From NCBI GenBank assembly GCA_964270895.1, contig OZ185450.1: DNA of 63,931 bases; one strand, 5' to 3'. Made by a program: the position numbers and the translations under genes. The stretch's first letter is position 1, and the number at the start of each line of letters is the position of its first letter. This document shows positions 23,001-36,216 of the stretch, in pieces. The notes beneath the pieces are model-generated. The model saw only the letters and a program-made list of their open reading frames with translations, searched no databases and had not been told where the DNA came from. The stretch is from Podarcis filfolensis. Lineage: Eukaryota.

Positions 23001-23318
23001 TACCTTGCTGCCTCCCAGTGGCGAAGGCAGCCTTGCTAGGAAGAATCTAGACCATATCCTGCCTGATCAGGAATCCCAACTGCTCCAAGAGCCAAGTGCA
23101 TTCAGCTGCCTGTGAGAAGGATTCCTTTTCCGGATGTCCTGCAAGGCACACAGAAGCCTCAAAGAGCCCAAAATCACCCTTCCATGCATTCACATGTCAT
23201 ACTTGTGTGCGCATGAAGGAGGATCATACAAAGAGAGCGCTGCTCTTTAAAAGAAGGCTGAAATGCAAGCCTGAACCCTTGGCATGTGAGAGGGGAGAAC
23301 AACATCAAATCTACTTAC

Positions 23319-23453
23319 TGTCTTCCCCACTGGTGTTCACTTGCACCATAATCTTTAGCTTCTCCAAAGACCCCTTCTTCTGCCAAGACCCGTTCACTCT
23401 GTCCGCCAGTTTTAGGGAATCCACCGTTTCCAGCATAAATAGGTTAGGTACCG
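23319..23453 (-). CDS. PLPBP: PLPBP exon 5
   Basis: (A)[44 protein letters not shown]; ctag| and |gtaagt; 135 nt. Confidence 0.96.
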
Positions 23454-24109
23454 CTAGACGACATTTAAAGAAGAATCTGAGCAAATATCCATTGCAGAAA
23501 GCATACCAGTTTCATTCAATTTCAGAGTGCACAGTATGAGCTGTACTGCCAAGTTAGGGACCCTCGCATAAACTGTACGTTCTCTACCTGAGTAGCACAA
23601 TGCTCCCTGCACCATAAGGCTATATCAGGCCGTACCCCAACACTGGTGAAGGGAGACAGCTGGCCCTGCTTTTGGATGACTGGTTGAACAACAAGGCCTT
23701 TTGCGCCTTTCCGGTTTCTAGATTATTAATCACCTCTTAACTAATGCTTTCAAAATGTATAATGCAAAACAACATCTTAGAACGGGGAAGAGAGAACAGA
23801 AACCGTCTTGTCCTAAACCAAGCAGGAGAAAAGGGCCCTTTGCCCACGGCACAGACAAAAAGCAAAGAAATAGCAAAGATAGAAGCTGGTCTCTCAGTCA
23901 CCTTCTGCCTGATCTTATGAATTAACTAAATAAGTTTATCAATTGAAGGACCAGACATACGAGACACCATTGAAGATTACCACATTGCATTCAGATCCAT
24001 TAACAGAGTTGTGCAAAATTACAACTCAGGAGGATGCAAGCACAGCTGACCTACTGAAAACTAAGCTAAATCTTATGAAATGGCCATGACTGTGAAACTT
24101 AATTAAAAC

Positions 24110-24150
<41 letters not shown>

Positions 24151-24162
24151 AATAATAATAAT
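24110..24162. repeat. (AAT)n microsatellite with one interruption
   Basis: Direct reading. Confidence 0.95.
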
Positions 24163-24454
24163 GCCACATAGTCCAAGTCCATGTTTGCTAACAGCAGCAG
24201 CCCCTAAGTCCTGGGAAAAATAAATCCCTCCAAGCCCCAATTTCATTTTTTGGAGAAATCACTGGTTCTATGTCCTGCACTGTGCAAATTAACTGCATCT
24301 CAAAATCAGGATCTCCTGAAGTCAGAGCTGGTAACAGTAGTGCATTCACTGAAGTGAGCACATTACAACCCCTCCCCACAAAGTACACAAAGGATTTCTT
24401 GTTGTCTCCCTGCCCCCCACCCCCAAAGTGAGCACAAAAATAAATTATTATTAC

Positions 24455-24530
24455 CAATGAGTTTGTTGACATTGTTTTTCTGTAGGTGGCCTATGAAATG
24501 CCATTTAATCTCTGGACACGAAGAAAGAAT
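24455..24530 (-). CDS. PLPBP: PLPBP exon 4
   Basis: [25 protein letters not shown] (WHFIGHLQ family motif); ctcag| and |gtaata; 76 nt. Confidence 0.96.
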
Positions 24531-25054
24531 CTGAGAACAGAGGCAAGTGAGTAGAATTTGAAATTCATTTTCATGCTAGGCATCCATAGAACACTTGCAA
24601 GTGAAGGATGATTTCACTTTTATTTATTTATAACTCAATTTTCAAGGCAAAAAGCCGTCATAAAGTGGCTCATAATAAAGACAAAGAATGGTCCCTGTGT
24701 AAGAAGAGAGGGGCAAATCTCATCCAAGGTCCCTCAAATGTTAAAATTATTTTGATGGCAGTTAACACACTTAGTAGCAGTTTGCTGTCAGTGTAAATAA
24801 CCTCTGCTGGGACAGATTCAGCATATAGGCTGCCATCTGTGCTCGAAAATTATTTCAAATGACTGGGGCTCCGCAAGAAAAAGAAGCATCTTGGCCAAGA
24901 TTATTTGCTATTTATACATAAAGAACTGAACTACTACTGAAAGGCAAGCAGAGAGATTCTTCTCTGAACATGAGCTTACTAGTCAATTTTCTGAAACAAG
25001 CCTCTGCCAACTTGACAGAATGAGGATTTTATCTAGCACACAAAATGAACTTAC

Positions 25055-25090
25055 TCTGGAGTCTGATGCCTTTTCTAGAAGTTCTTGGAC
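25055..25090 (-). CDS. PLPBP: PLPBP exon 3
   Basis: VQELLEKASDSR; ctttctacag| and |gtaagt; 36 nt. Confidence 0.95.
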
Positions 25091-26756
25091 CTGTAGAAAG
25101 TTAAGACATGGATTAAATTTTGCCAGGCTTGCTCTGCCTTACCTCTAACTCAACCACCTTGACTTACAAGTGCCTCTGTTCACATGCAATGCTAAACACC
25201 ATTGTTTATTGCAGAGGTGGGAAACTGACAGCTGTCCACATACTGCTGGACTCCATGAGTCCTAGTCAACATGGCCACTAGTCCAGGAAAATGGGAGTTG
25301 TAGTCCAACAGCATCTGGACAGCCACAGCTTCTCCATCCTTGGTTTAATGCAACATGGAATAAGGACAACATTCCTCCCCTATCCTCCTCCCATGTGACC
25401 AGGAGGAAGACTTTTGCCACGCTTAGTTTCACAGTAAAAGAATGATGACTCAGTGGTGCATTCAAACAAGGGGTCCTGGTTTAAAACAATGACAGTTTCA
25501 TAATCAAAGGCTGGAAGCTGATTTGCTATAAAACTCACCAGAGTTAATCTTAAAGAAGGATTCCCAGTTCAAACATTAACGCTAAGCCAAGTTTTTGGTT
25601 TTTTTTAAAGTAAAACTAATCTTAGCAGAAGTCCTTCCAAGCTGCAAAGGAGATAGGGAGGTGCATGAAGAGGAAGAGATGTCAACCCATGGGTGAACAT
25701 TACAAGCAAACATGCACAGCATTAAGACAGTGAGTTCCAATTATGCCTCAACAGAAGGCAAAAGGGTTAATGCGCAGCGTTTTACAAGAGAGGCAATATC
25801 CATTTGTAAAACTGCTAATAGAGACTATTCTTGAGTACAAAGTCATGCGTCAGATTGCCAACTGCTCCCACAGTTATTCTGTCCAAGAAACTGCTTCAAA
25901 CCACATTGATGCCCCTGTATCCAACATTAGTGCAATTATTTCCCCATGTTCACTCATATGCAACTCAAATTAACCAGCCGTAATATAACATTACTGCTGC
26001 ACAGTGATGAGCAAACTGATATCTGCATGTCTAGCTTACATTTTAAAGACCTCCAGAAGCCATTTCGAAATAAATGAGAATGTGGGAATGTGGCCAGATC
26101 CAGAGTTATCTCTGCTATTCTCACAACCTTTCAGGCCTGCCTTCATGACATCAGATTGCACCTTGCTGGTATACATCATGGAAGAGGCTGCCAACAGCCG
26201 TGAAAAGGGTGACTTCCAAGCTCACTGGCAAAGGGACTGACAATCGAACCTCCAATATCACATTGCCTTTTTACAAATGATGCGACCACACTTGGAATAC
26301 AATTGTCAAATCCCTGTAGATCCTGCTGCCTGAGGCGGTCGCCTCACCTTGCCTCATGCATGAGCCAGGCTTGTCTTCCTCCTTCACAGACACGAAGTGT
26401 CCCTTATTTTTCAAAGTTTCAGTTTAGCAAATTTAGGATCATATGAAGTCTGATGGATCAGACCACTTAGCCCAGCATCCTGCTCTCAGAACAGCCAACC
26501 TGAGGCCTATGAGAAGCCTGAAAGCCCGACCTGAGCGCAGCAGCAGCATTCTCCCCATTTGCAAATCTTTTAAAGCCACTTAAGTTATGTCTCTGTAACG
26601 TTTACTCCCCAGCTATGCCACACTTCTCCAGGGTGACGCGGGACTAATGAAATATTTTGTGACCATCTGGTTTGTGAGCATGTTGTCAGCAGCTTCAGGC
26701 CTTATTTCCTTCTGGTCCTGAAACCCAAACAATGCGGAAACAGAGAGGACACTCAC

Positions 26757-26864
26757 ATAGTTTTCTCCAAAGCTGCGCTGCCCATGGTTGTAGGCCTCAA
26801 TCACCATTTCCGCTGGCTTCGTTTTACTGACAGCTACAAGGCGAGGCTGTATAGCAGGCAATCC
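26757..26864 (-). CDS. PLPBP: PLPBP exon 2
   Basis: [36 protein letters not shown], containing the VAVSK PLP-binding lysine motif and FGENY. cag| acceptor, |gtgagt donor; 108 nt. Confidence 0.97.
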
Positions 26865-28989
26865 CTGTATTTGCAAAGAACGAAATGGTCAGTGGACAAG
26901 CGCACGTGCGGATGCTCACAACTCTGTGACTGGAACATGGGAAATATTTATCCCAGGCCAACAGGCACTGATAAGAGATTTCATATTATCTCACATCCAT
27001 CCTGAACTTTGTTTTTTAAGGGAGAAAAGTTCACATGTTCTGTTTTGAGTTAAGGTGGGAAAAACACAAAGGTTCCTAAAAATTAACAGACACGTTATAG
27101 CATAAGCTTCCATGGATTAATAGTTCACTGCATTGAATACTGAAGTGAGAGGGAGGAAAAATGTTTTAAAATGAGTATGAAATGCAATAAGTATTGACTA
27201 TGACAACGCGAACACAAAGCTTAAGACAAGCCAAATGACTATCCACAACAGCAGCAACCGACAACAACACATCCATTTGTGAATCTGCCCTAAGCTGGGC
27301 TTCCAACCTCAATTATTTTATTTATAATAAATTCAATTAGAGTAACTTCGAATGCAATCCCATAGCTGCTGCCCTGGGAGGCCCCGCTGAACTTAACAGC
27401 ATTTACTTTTCACAGTTCTTAAGGCACGTTGGCTCTGACTTTATGATTCAAAGAGATCCTGAGTCTTGCTTTGTGAACATACAGCAGCCCCATCCACAGT
27501 TACCTGGAAATAAGTCCAACTGTATTCAGTGGTGATTAATCCCTACTTAATTGCTTATAGGAATTTCTGGGATGAGGGCAGATACAGAACAGGCAGGGCT
27601 CCTGCACACTGAGCAGCTGTGTATAGGAGGGAATTTAGCAGGTATAGCTTGCTGTGCATCAAGTCCCTCTTCTGCACATCTACTGAAAGGTACAGGAGTC
27701 CTGTCCTCTTCTCTGCATCCCACCACTTTAGCAGGACTGTATAGGGGACACAGCAGCTCAATGGCAGGGCATCTTTTTCACCTGCAAAGCCCCTGGGCTC
27801 ATTCCCCAGCATCTCCAGGCGGGGCAAGGAATGTGGAGTGCTGCTGCCAGTCAATCAATTCCATTCAATTCACTGTCTGTGGTCAAAGGCCTTCACAAGG
27901 AACAACAGAGGGCAAAAAGCAAGGCATTTCTTCTATGATCACGCAGCGTGAGTCTATGATTCACAGCATAAAATCGTCACATGTTAACGTAACGCTGCCA
28001 GAGCAGATTTGGCTACCAGAGGTGTCATTTGCAGGTGTTTTTGCTTAAGAGTTCAACCATCACTTCCCAAGGGGGATCAATCTGAGACCTGATGGAGAAC
28101 ATAATTGTTGCAGGAATTCTATGGTCTCAAACATAGAAATTTTTTTGATAATTGCACAAGGTAAACACACATACATAGGTATATAAACCACATGTCTAAA
28201 ATAGTACAGGAGAGCAATCCAAAAGTCATCTTGGGACTCCTAAATATTTCCTCTGCCTCCTTAATCCTCCTTGCCTGAGAACTCAGATAGCAAACAGAAG
28301 TTGTTCCTGAAGGGATTCCTCTCCTATATCTATGAACCTCCTTTGTATTAATTGTTATTGTTTGCCCAGATGCTCTGCATTGAGGGATGTCTGACAGGCA
28401 TCCTGATGGTCTTATCAAATGCTAATGTTTTGTGTAAACTGTGTCTGGAACTATGCGAAACTTGCTAAATCCTCAGGAATATCACAGCTTGGCCTGCCTG
28501 AGCCACAGTAACCCCACCTTAGGTGGGATATAATTTCTGACTGTTTGTAGAAGGGACTGTCCTCGTTCTCCACGCCAAAACGCATCCCCTTAAAATAGAT
28601 CTTTCTTCTTGGTTCTGGGTCTCTCTTGCCTCCTTGCTAGGAGGGGAGGGAACTCTGTTGCAACAGAAAAATATGAAGCCAACCACCCCTCTTTTTCTAG
28701 ATCACAATCAACATTCATCGTGCATGAGATCCACGACCTCCCTGCATGCCTTCCCGTTCCCTGTGTGCTTCCCCCAGGCGTCTCCCCTCTATGTATGCCT
28801 AGGGCCTTTGCTGAAAAGGCCCTGCGCGGGGGGGGGGGGCTGCTGCTGCCAGTCAGTGCAGGAAACACTAGGTTAGGTGGACCCAAATTCTGATTTGGTA
28901 TAAGGCAGCTGGCTATGCTTCTAAAAAATGGGGGGGGGGAACCCGGTAATAAGTTATTCACGTTAAAAGATACACAGGCTATTAATAAC

Positions 28990-29620
28990 AGCAGCAGCGA
29001 TCCGCAGGCCACGCCAGGTCTCTCCCACCCGCCGCCTCCAGAGCAGGAACCGCCCGGCCGGCCGCCGCCGCCTCGCTCCCCGCCCTCCCGCCTCGCACCT
29101 TGGGCCTGCTGGCCGCCGCCTGCTGCACCCGCTCCTGGACTGCCCTGAGCGCCGGTCCCAGGCCTTCCCCGGCAGCCATCCCCGCTCTCCACATTCCCCA
29201 GCCGCGCCGCCGATCTTGGGCCGGGCTTCCGCCACACACGCAGCCGTCTCGCAGGCAGCCAATCGCCACTCCAAGCCCTGCTCGGCTGGCCAATGAGGGT
29301 CGGAGGTGGGGCCCGGAGGAGGCGGGCTCAGGCCTGCGGGCTGGGCTCGGCCCTCGGCCATTTTGGAGAGGTCGGGGACCCGCAGCTCAGGGCGGCCGAG
29401 GGAAAAGTCGCTGCGGGGGAAGGGAAGCGGAAGGGATGCTTTTCTCGCTCGGCGCATGCGCGGGAGGCGCCGCTGGCGCAGTGATCGCAGCATCGAATGC
29501 TTCCCAGGAGGAGGGGGTGTTTTTCGAGCAGGAATTCCAGAGGCGTCGTGGATCAGTCCAGAACAGAACTCCAAAGGAAGGAATCTTTGGGATTCGTTAC
29601 CTGCAGCGCCGTGCACGCAC
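28990..29620 (-). promoter_or_regulatory. PLPBP CpG-island promoter with two CCAAT boxes and an NRF1 site
   Basis: CCAAT at 29259-29263 and 29290-29294 (31 bp apart). GCGCATGCGC (NRF1 consensus) at 29452-29461. GC-box-like and GGAAG (ETS) motifs present. Confidence 0.8.
29099..29194 (-). CDS. PLPBP: PLPBP exon 1 (PLP homeostasis protein, PROSC/YggS family)
   Basis: [32 protein letters not shown] (human [33 protein letters not shown]). Donor AAG|GTGCGA; 96 nt. Confidence 0.95.
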
Positions 29621-29685
29621 TGGCAGCTGTTTCTGAACCCCCTCACAGCTAGTAGGAATACCACTGTCCAGGGATGAAACCCTCC

Positions 29686-30080
29686 CACCAGGATACTCCA
29701 TTCCACTCCCTCTCCATTATTCTTTTCATGAATCCTCACCAGTATACTCCATTCCACTCCCTCTCCATTATTCTTTTCATGAATCCTCACCAGGATACTC
29801 CATTCCATCCCCTCTCCATTATTCTTTTCATGAATCATCACCAGGATACTCCATTCCACTCCCTCTCCATTATTCTTTTCATGAATCCTCAAGCAGGATA
29901 CTCCATTCCATCCCCTCTCCATTATTCTTTTCATGAATCCTCACCAGGATACTCCATTCCACTCCCTCTCCATTATTCTTTTCATGAATCCTCACCAGGA
30001 TACTCCATTCCATCCCCTCTCCATTATTCTTTTCATGAATCCTCACCAGGATACTCCATTCCAACACCCTCTCCATTTCC
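29686..30080. repeat. 51-bp minisatellite (VNTR), about 7.7 copies
   Basis: Unit CACCAGGATACTCCATTCCACTCCCTCTCCATTATTCTTTTCATGAATCCT. Units start at 29686, 29737, 29788, 29839, 29890 (52 bp), 29942, 29993 and 30044 (partial). Confidence 0.96.
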
Positions 30081-30550
30081 CCTCAGTTGGCACTCCTCGT
30101 TCCATTGCTAATGAGCTGGCTCCTACCTCAAGGGGTTGTCTTTGGGTATGTGTGTGTGTGTCAGTGGCAGATTTATAGGTATGCACAATATGCAGAGATT
30201 TAGGGTCCTATGTGGCCCAAAGGAGGACCCGGTCCAAGAAGAAGATACAAGTGATCCCAGTTAATACCACCTCCTAGTAATTGTAATATACGATTACGAG
30301 AACCTTCTAACTTTTGAAAAGTCAGAGAGAGATTGCCCTCTATAGAAACCTATACAGGCTCATGGCTGGTCTTGGACAGCAGGACTGGTAAGAAGACGAC
30401 CAGCAGCCAATTGGAAACCGCAGAAGCCACACCGGACGTTCGGCTTCTGAAAATCATTTGAAAACCGGAACACTCACTTCTGGTTTTCGATCGTTCAGGA
30501 GCTGAAACGTACGAGTTCCAAGGCATTTGGCAACCAAGGTACGACTGTAC

Positions 30551-30985
30551 GATTCTCAGATAAACACTGACAATTGGGAAACACTGGCCTGCGAGTGTTC
30601 CAGTTGGAGAACAGCCTTTACCAAAGGTGTCATGGACTTTGAAAACGCTCGAGCTCAGGAAGAAAGGGGGAAGGCGATTGGAAGAAGCAAAGATCACCAA
30701 TGTCAAAACAATGATTCTTCAACATCAACTTCGTTGGACTGGTCATGTTGTGTGGGTGCCAGATTATCATCTTCCAAAGCAACTACTCTATTCCAAACTT
30801 AAAAATGGAAAGCCTAATGTTGGTGGTCAACAAAAGAGGTTTAAAGATTCTCTCAAGGCAAACCATCACTGTGATCAACTCCTGCCCAGAAACCAATGTT
30901 CCCACTGTGGAAGGACGTGTGGATCCAGAATTGGCCTCCACAATCACTAATGGACTTAATGTTAAGACTGTGTTCATGGAAGACA
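30551..30985 (+). mobile_element. Rearranged RTE-clade LINE fragment
   Basis: Same sequence blocks as 8283-8793 but in a different order (see findings). Confidence 0.85.
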
Positions 30986-31135
30986 TGGGTGAAAATGCCT
31001 AGCTCCTAAGTTATGCAAATATTTTGATAGCCCTTATATAAATAGTTCAAACCTCAGCAGAATGTGCACTGATCCCCCTCCACACACAACGGATCTGCCC
31101 ATTCCATTGACACTAATCTTAAAAGTGAAGAACAT

Positions 31136-31602
31136 TTTATTCATTACAATACTGAAACATAGAGGCTGGTTTTAATCTGATACACAATTGCTATTGAAAA
31201 CATTCCAAGAGAGTCAGAAAAGACAGCAGCATATTTGAACGGATGATGGCCAAGACAGTGATATTCAACATTTCCCCCTCATTAAGAAAATCTGTTTTAA
31301 GAATTCACATCCTCTTTGCAAAGCTTGCACACAGGAAAAAGGAGGAAAATATATTCAGTGTTACTTTGTTCAATGCACATACAAAAGGGAATTATAAAAA
31401 AGTTATTTCCTAAGAGCCCAAAGAGCATTTCAGAAAAGGCATCTATCTCATTTTAACGAAGCAGCGATCACACTTAAAACAACAACAAAAATTGTTAAAT
31501 TGCATTTCCAGTACCTAACAGGTTGGAAAGAATTTAATTGTTTTATCAAGAGAAATCTACACCTTAATTCTTTATTCACATTAATATTTGCTGCTCTTTA
31601 TT
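31136..31602 (-). terminator. Cluster of candidate distal ERLIN2 poly(A) signals
   Basis: AATAAA on the minus strand at 31597-31602, 31571-31576 and 31136-31141, at the end of an AT-rich, repeat-poor, 3'UTR-like block. A proximal AATAAA lies at 35997-36002. Confidence 0.45.
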
Positions 31603-34600
31603 GAATAGTGGTTTTAAGTTTTCTTTAGAGAACTTCTCTCTCTATATAAAAAGAATCAAAAGACTTAGTTATTCTAACCAATCTTTTTACATCAGAGTCA
31701 TATAAAAGAAGTCATATAATACACTTTGGCTTTGCTGGAATTTAGTTTTTGCTAGTTAAAAAAAGCTTGTGTAAGAAAATATCCCCCACCCTTTCAGCAG
31801 GACCAAAAATAAAAAAAAATCAGGAACTGCATCCCACAAGTCTAATATAAACATTTTCCCACTTAATTTTTACATTCTTTTACATGCATAATACTATCTG
31901 CAAAGTGTGATAGTATGAAAGCCAGGGGGGAAATTGTGTATTTTTCTATTCCAGCATCTGACACAATACTAGACAGGAATTTTACTGCAAGGATGATGTG
32001 AAAAGAGCTACATACACACTTCAGTGCCTACCTATTCCACTTTAGCGCTTTAGTAACTTCCTGATGAAACTGACATGTAGCATCAGGTAGATTCTAGCAT
32101 ATTCACATCATAGACAAATAGCCACTCAAGTTCAGCAATAAAGTAACCAATCCAAAAGCAAGACTGGAGCAGATGTTTAAGCTTAACTCATTCTGGATTT
32201 TGGATGCTCACTTAGTACTCTGATGCAAAAGGAAAATAGATAGGTTTGACATTATCAGCTCAGGTGTGTGCCACAAAAACAATTCCTAGCTTCAGCTCGG
32301 AGGCTAGATGATGCATTTTGCCTGGCTGGTGGATCATGCTGGGGTGCAGGGAGAAAAAACAGAAGGCAGCAAAGCAAATCATTAGACAGAAATAGGTTTA
32401 TTTATTAGCAAAGGTCCCCCTTTCTTCTCTCTCGTACCTTCTACCAAATTTCATTGTGAAAGTTTGTCTTCTGCCATCCATGTTTAATATTTAAAAAACA
32501 CGGATGAATCACAGATACATTAACAACACACACACCCCTATATCAAGGTTGCTTCACATATTAAGAAGTTAATCAGTACCTCCTGATGCTCAGGTTAAGT
32601 GTGAGAAAGAAACGTGCTTTGAGGGAAAGGGAATCAAGACATACACTGCAAGTCCCTATGACAATCAGACTCATTTTCTTGTTTCTCATGTTACAAGAGG
32701 CATGGACGGACATATATCAAGTTATTTATTAAGGTGTCCAGTGGTTGGTAAAATCACCTTATGGACATTAAAAGACACTACAATTTTCAAATCACTGCTG
32801 TAATTTTCAGTGATTCCAACAGAACAGCTCTCCTGTCCCAAGCAAGCAGCATGAACTCAAGATAATGTAGTTTTCAATCCCCAATGCTGTGCCTTCGTAT
32901 GTGGTCCTCTAATGGACATGTGGGGCTTGCTAAACAGAACACCACAATCTTTCAAGAATTTGCTTAAGAAATACTTGCATATCACATAGGTCAGCTTCTC
33001 CCTTAGCGCCTGCGATACTCAGCACAAACCCACTAAAGTTCAAAACAGGGCTGGGTAACAATGGCCAAAGTTTCACAGACGTGGTCAATGTTTCCCTGGA
33101 ATGTACCACTGGAGACTGCAGGTGAGGGATCACATGCTTGCTCCTCCATTAAAATTTAAACCTGCACTTAGAAGAATAGCATGTCAAGGAAAAGAATGTC
33201 AACTTCACATCCCCCTAGACATGCTAGGTGGGCACGAAAAATATGGAGCAGCAATCATATGAGCCAGACCTACAATATGAAGCCCCAATGCAGGTTCTAC
33301 TACCTCAATGGAAACTAAGCCTAATATGAGTTACCACAGGACAGAGTACAGTACAGCTTTTTCTGTTTTCAAAGTTAGGTGTTGAATATACATCACCATC
33401 AGAACGGTTTGTAATGTTACACTAAAAGAGGTTCCCAACGACTGTACCTTTCATCTTGAGTGGACCACACACACACCTTGGGAGCATCAATAATCTGGAT
33501 CTCCTTTCACTCCAAGAGGAACTGGGGGGGGGGGACTCTATTTTGCATGTGGAAGATGCATACAAGAAAGCAGTGGGGTGAGGGAAGCCAAGGAGACCCG
33601 TGGTTTGTAATGTGGGAACCATCAGAAAGAAATCTAAGGCACATCTGGCTAAGTGTTTGGGACTCTCTAAGCCCATTTAGGGACTGCAGACTTACAACTT
33701 ATTATTCCCGTTTTACAAAAATGCAGTTTCGGGATGCTGTCCTACTTGCATATTGAAAGGACAAGTTAAGAAAGCAAAAGGAAGAAGTAGCCTGTGGTTG
33801 CTGTTCACTTCTAAAGTCATCTTGCAAGAGCACAGCACACCACAGTATAGTCTATCAGACTGTCCAAACCACCCTTTTAGACAGACCTATGGCAAGCATC
33901 CCATTAAGCCAGGAATTGTGGCAACCAGACTAATTTTAAAAAGCACATTCACATCAGCCCTAGTCCCAGAAATCTGTAACACCTCATTCAAAAATTATTC
34001 CAGGGCATTTGCAGAATCAGAACTAGAGAGATAGCAAGAAGCAAAGCAGAAAGATTTTGTGGTTGACCCTTGTTATGCATAAACAAAACAAGTTTTGAAG
34101 CAGAAGCTGGATAATTGTGATGTCCCGCCCAACTATGGGGCAGATATAGAGGAGAACTTAGCAAGATGATGCCTTAGCAAGATGATGTAGCTGTTGCTCT
34201 GTACTAACCTGGTATGGAAGAATGGGACTATGGTTGGAAGCAAAAATAGAGGAGCGATAAGTACTTTGGAGACCAGAGCTTAGTGTTTCTTTGCATCTCA
34301 GCCCCATTTATGAAAGAGGCCATGCCATGTTTAAAACACAGAGCAGCAAGCTATAAGACACAATGAGTATTTTGAAAGCCAGGAACCTGTCGACAAGGGT
34401 GGCACTGGACAGGCCTGATAACAAACCAACAACTCCAAAATCCACTTATCTGTCATGTCAAAGAGAAGCTTCACACACTGCAAGAATGAAGGCCTTGACT
34501 ACACAGCCAATTTTGTGTGTAACTAATCAAGGTTATGTAATAGGCTTCCAGGTCTTCTTACTCTGACTATACCCATTGGCATTGTATTGAGGGCTGATAA

Positions 34601-36162
34601 TAAGGAGCTGTGTCCAACTAACACATACTCAAGAGAACACCCATTCACCCATTAAAATCGCCTAAGTTAGCTATCTCTGTTATGGTAATTTCAGTGGGCC
34701 CACTATGAGTAGAAATAGCACTGGATAGAATCCAAGGTCTACAAGGTGCATATGCTTAATATGATCTCTGAAAAACAGACGTCACTGAGTATCCCAACAC
34801 AACAACGGGATACTAGATGTTGACCTCTGGCCACACTGTCTGGGGCTGATGGGAACTGGGAATTCAACAGTTCTGGAGGGTCAGAGTTTCCCCATTACAG
34901 ACCTCATACTGAACACACTTATAGCACAGTCTAATGTATGATAGCACAGTTATCAGGGAAACAAAGCAAAGCCCACCTCTAAATCAAAGTCTGCCAGCTG
35001 CTTTGGAACAAACCATTTCTAGAACAAACACTAATGGGAGTAATCTAGAGGAAGTGGTCTGACATTTACAGTCTAACCAAGGGCATCATCTGAAGAAGAG
35101 TTTACTGCTAATGGAAGAACTTGGATGCAACTACGTAAGTTGAAGGCAGCTCACAGGGCTGTCCCCAGGACAAAAATCCACAACTGCATTGATGCCAATT
35201 CAAAAATAATTCCCCCAAAGCATCACTCAAAGGATCACTTCAAAAAGCAACCCTGCAAGAGCTAAGAATGAGGTCAGAACGAGTACAAAGTAATGCTATT
35301 CACCGCTGGAAACCTTTGCTATGAGCAAGCATGGGGTGGGAATCCACCAGATGCCTTCCTCTAGGAAGACACTGAAATATTTGTACTAGCACAGTTGCAC
35401 CCATGAAGCTGAGGGAAACAGAGAATCTGACTGCTGGTTTACAATCTAGAACACAGGTGTGCAACTAGAGATTTGCCAAGCTGAAACACAAGGCATGTAC
35501 GGTGGCCTGCTAGGGTCTTAGTAAATTAGTTGGAACTTGGTGTGTGTGTGTGTAAAACATCTAGCAGGCCATGATTACATGGCTGGTGAGCTTGGCTTGA
35601 TGGATGACCAGTTTTGCATGCATGGTCTAGAAAGAGGGATGCAAGCCAGGGTTAATTTGCGAATGCAGGGTGACCATCTGGCTGACCAATGCTCTCTCGT
35701 GCAGAAGTAACATTCCTGGAAAAGGTAACTTATTCCCCTGCGAGCGCTGCACTTAGACAGACCATTACTGTGGGGGCAAAGCCTGCATTTCACCCAACAC
35801 TGGTCCTGTGATTGTCCCTATCAGCACATCAGGAGAGGATGGTGGACTGTGGGGTTCAGACGTACTGTATGGATGCATCCTGAAATAAGCACCATTTGGA
35901 CACCCCTTTAGTGTGCTGATATTTAATGCTCCACAACACAAGCCAAAATCTAGAATTTGTAGTGTCTCTGTGTGTTTTAATTCAAAACATAGCACCTTTA
36001 TTTGAGGGTGGAATGGGGTCAACATATATGCTACAGGTAAAATCCAACGGTTGGACAGCATGCTCATGAATCCTAATAATCCAGGAAGGACATGTAGTTG
36101 GTATCTAGCTGGTGTGCATATTATCAAATTTGGGCTACATCAAGCACTCAAAGACCAGTAAG

Positions 36163-36168
<6 letters not shown>

Positions 36169-36213
<45 letters not shown>
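36169..36213. repeat. (AG)n microsatellite, about 22 units, in the ERLIN2 3'UTR
   Basis: Direct reading. Confidence 0.97.

Positions 36214-36216
<3 letters not shown>

Noticed and set aside
29195-29293. In-frame upstream extension of PLPBP from a TTG
   Set aside because: It overlaps the two CCAAT boxes, so it is most likely upstream of the TSS; openness is expected in GC-rich DNA.
29686-30080. Regular repeat array resembling CRISPR
   Set aside because: Units are head-to-tail with no unique spacers, there are no cas genes, and the context is vertebrate: it is a minisatellite.
28963-30178. 323-aa minus-strand ORF and plus-strand ORFs with 17-aa repeats
   Set aside because: Produced by a 51-bp (multiple of 3) tandem unit plus a GC-rich promoter; out of frame with PLPBP; no splice or domain support.
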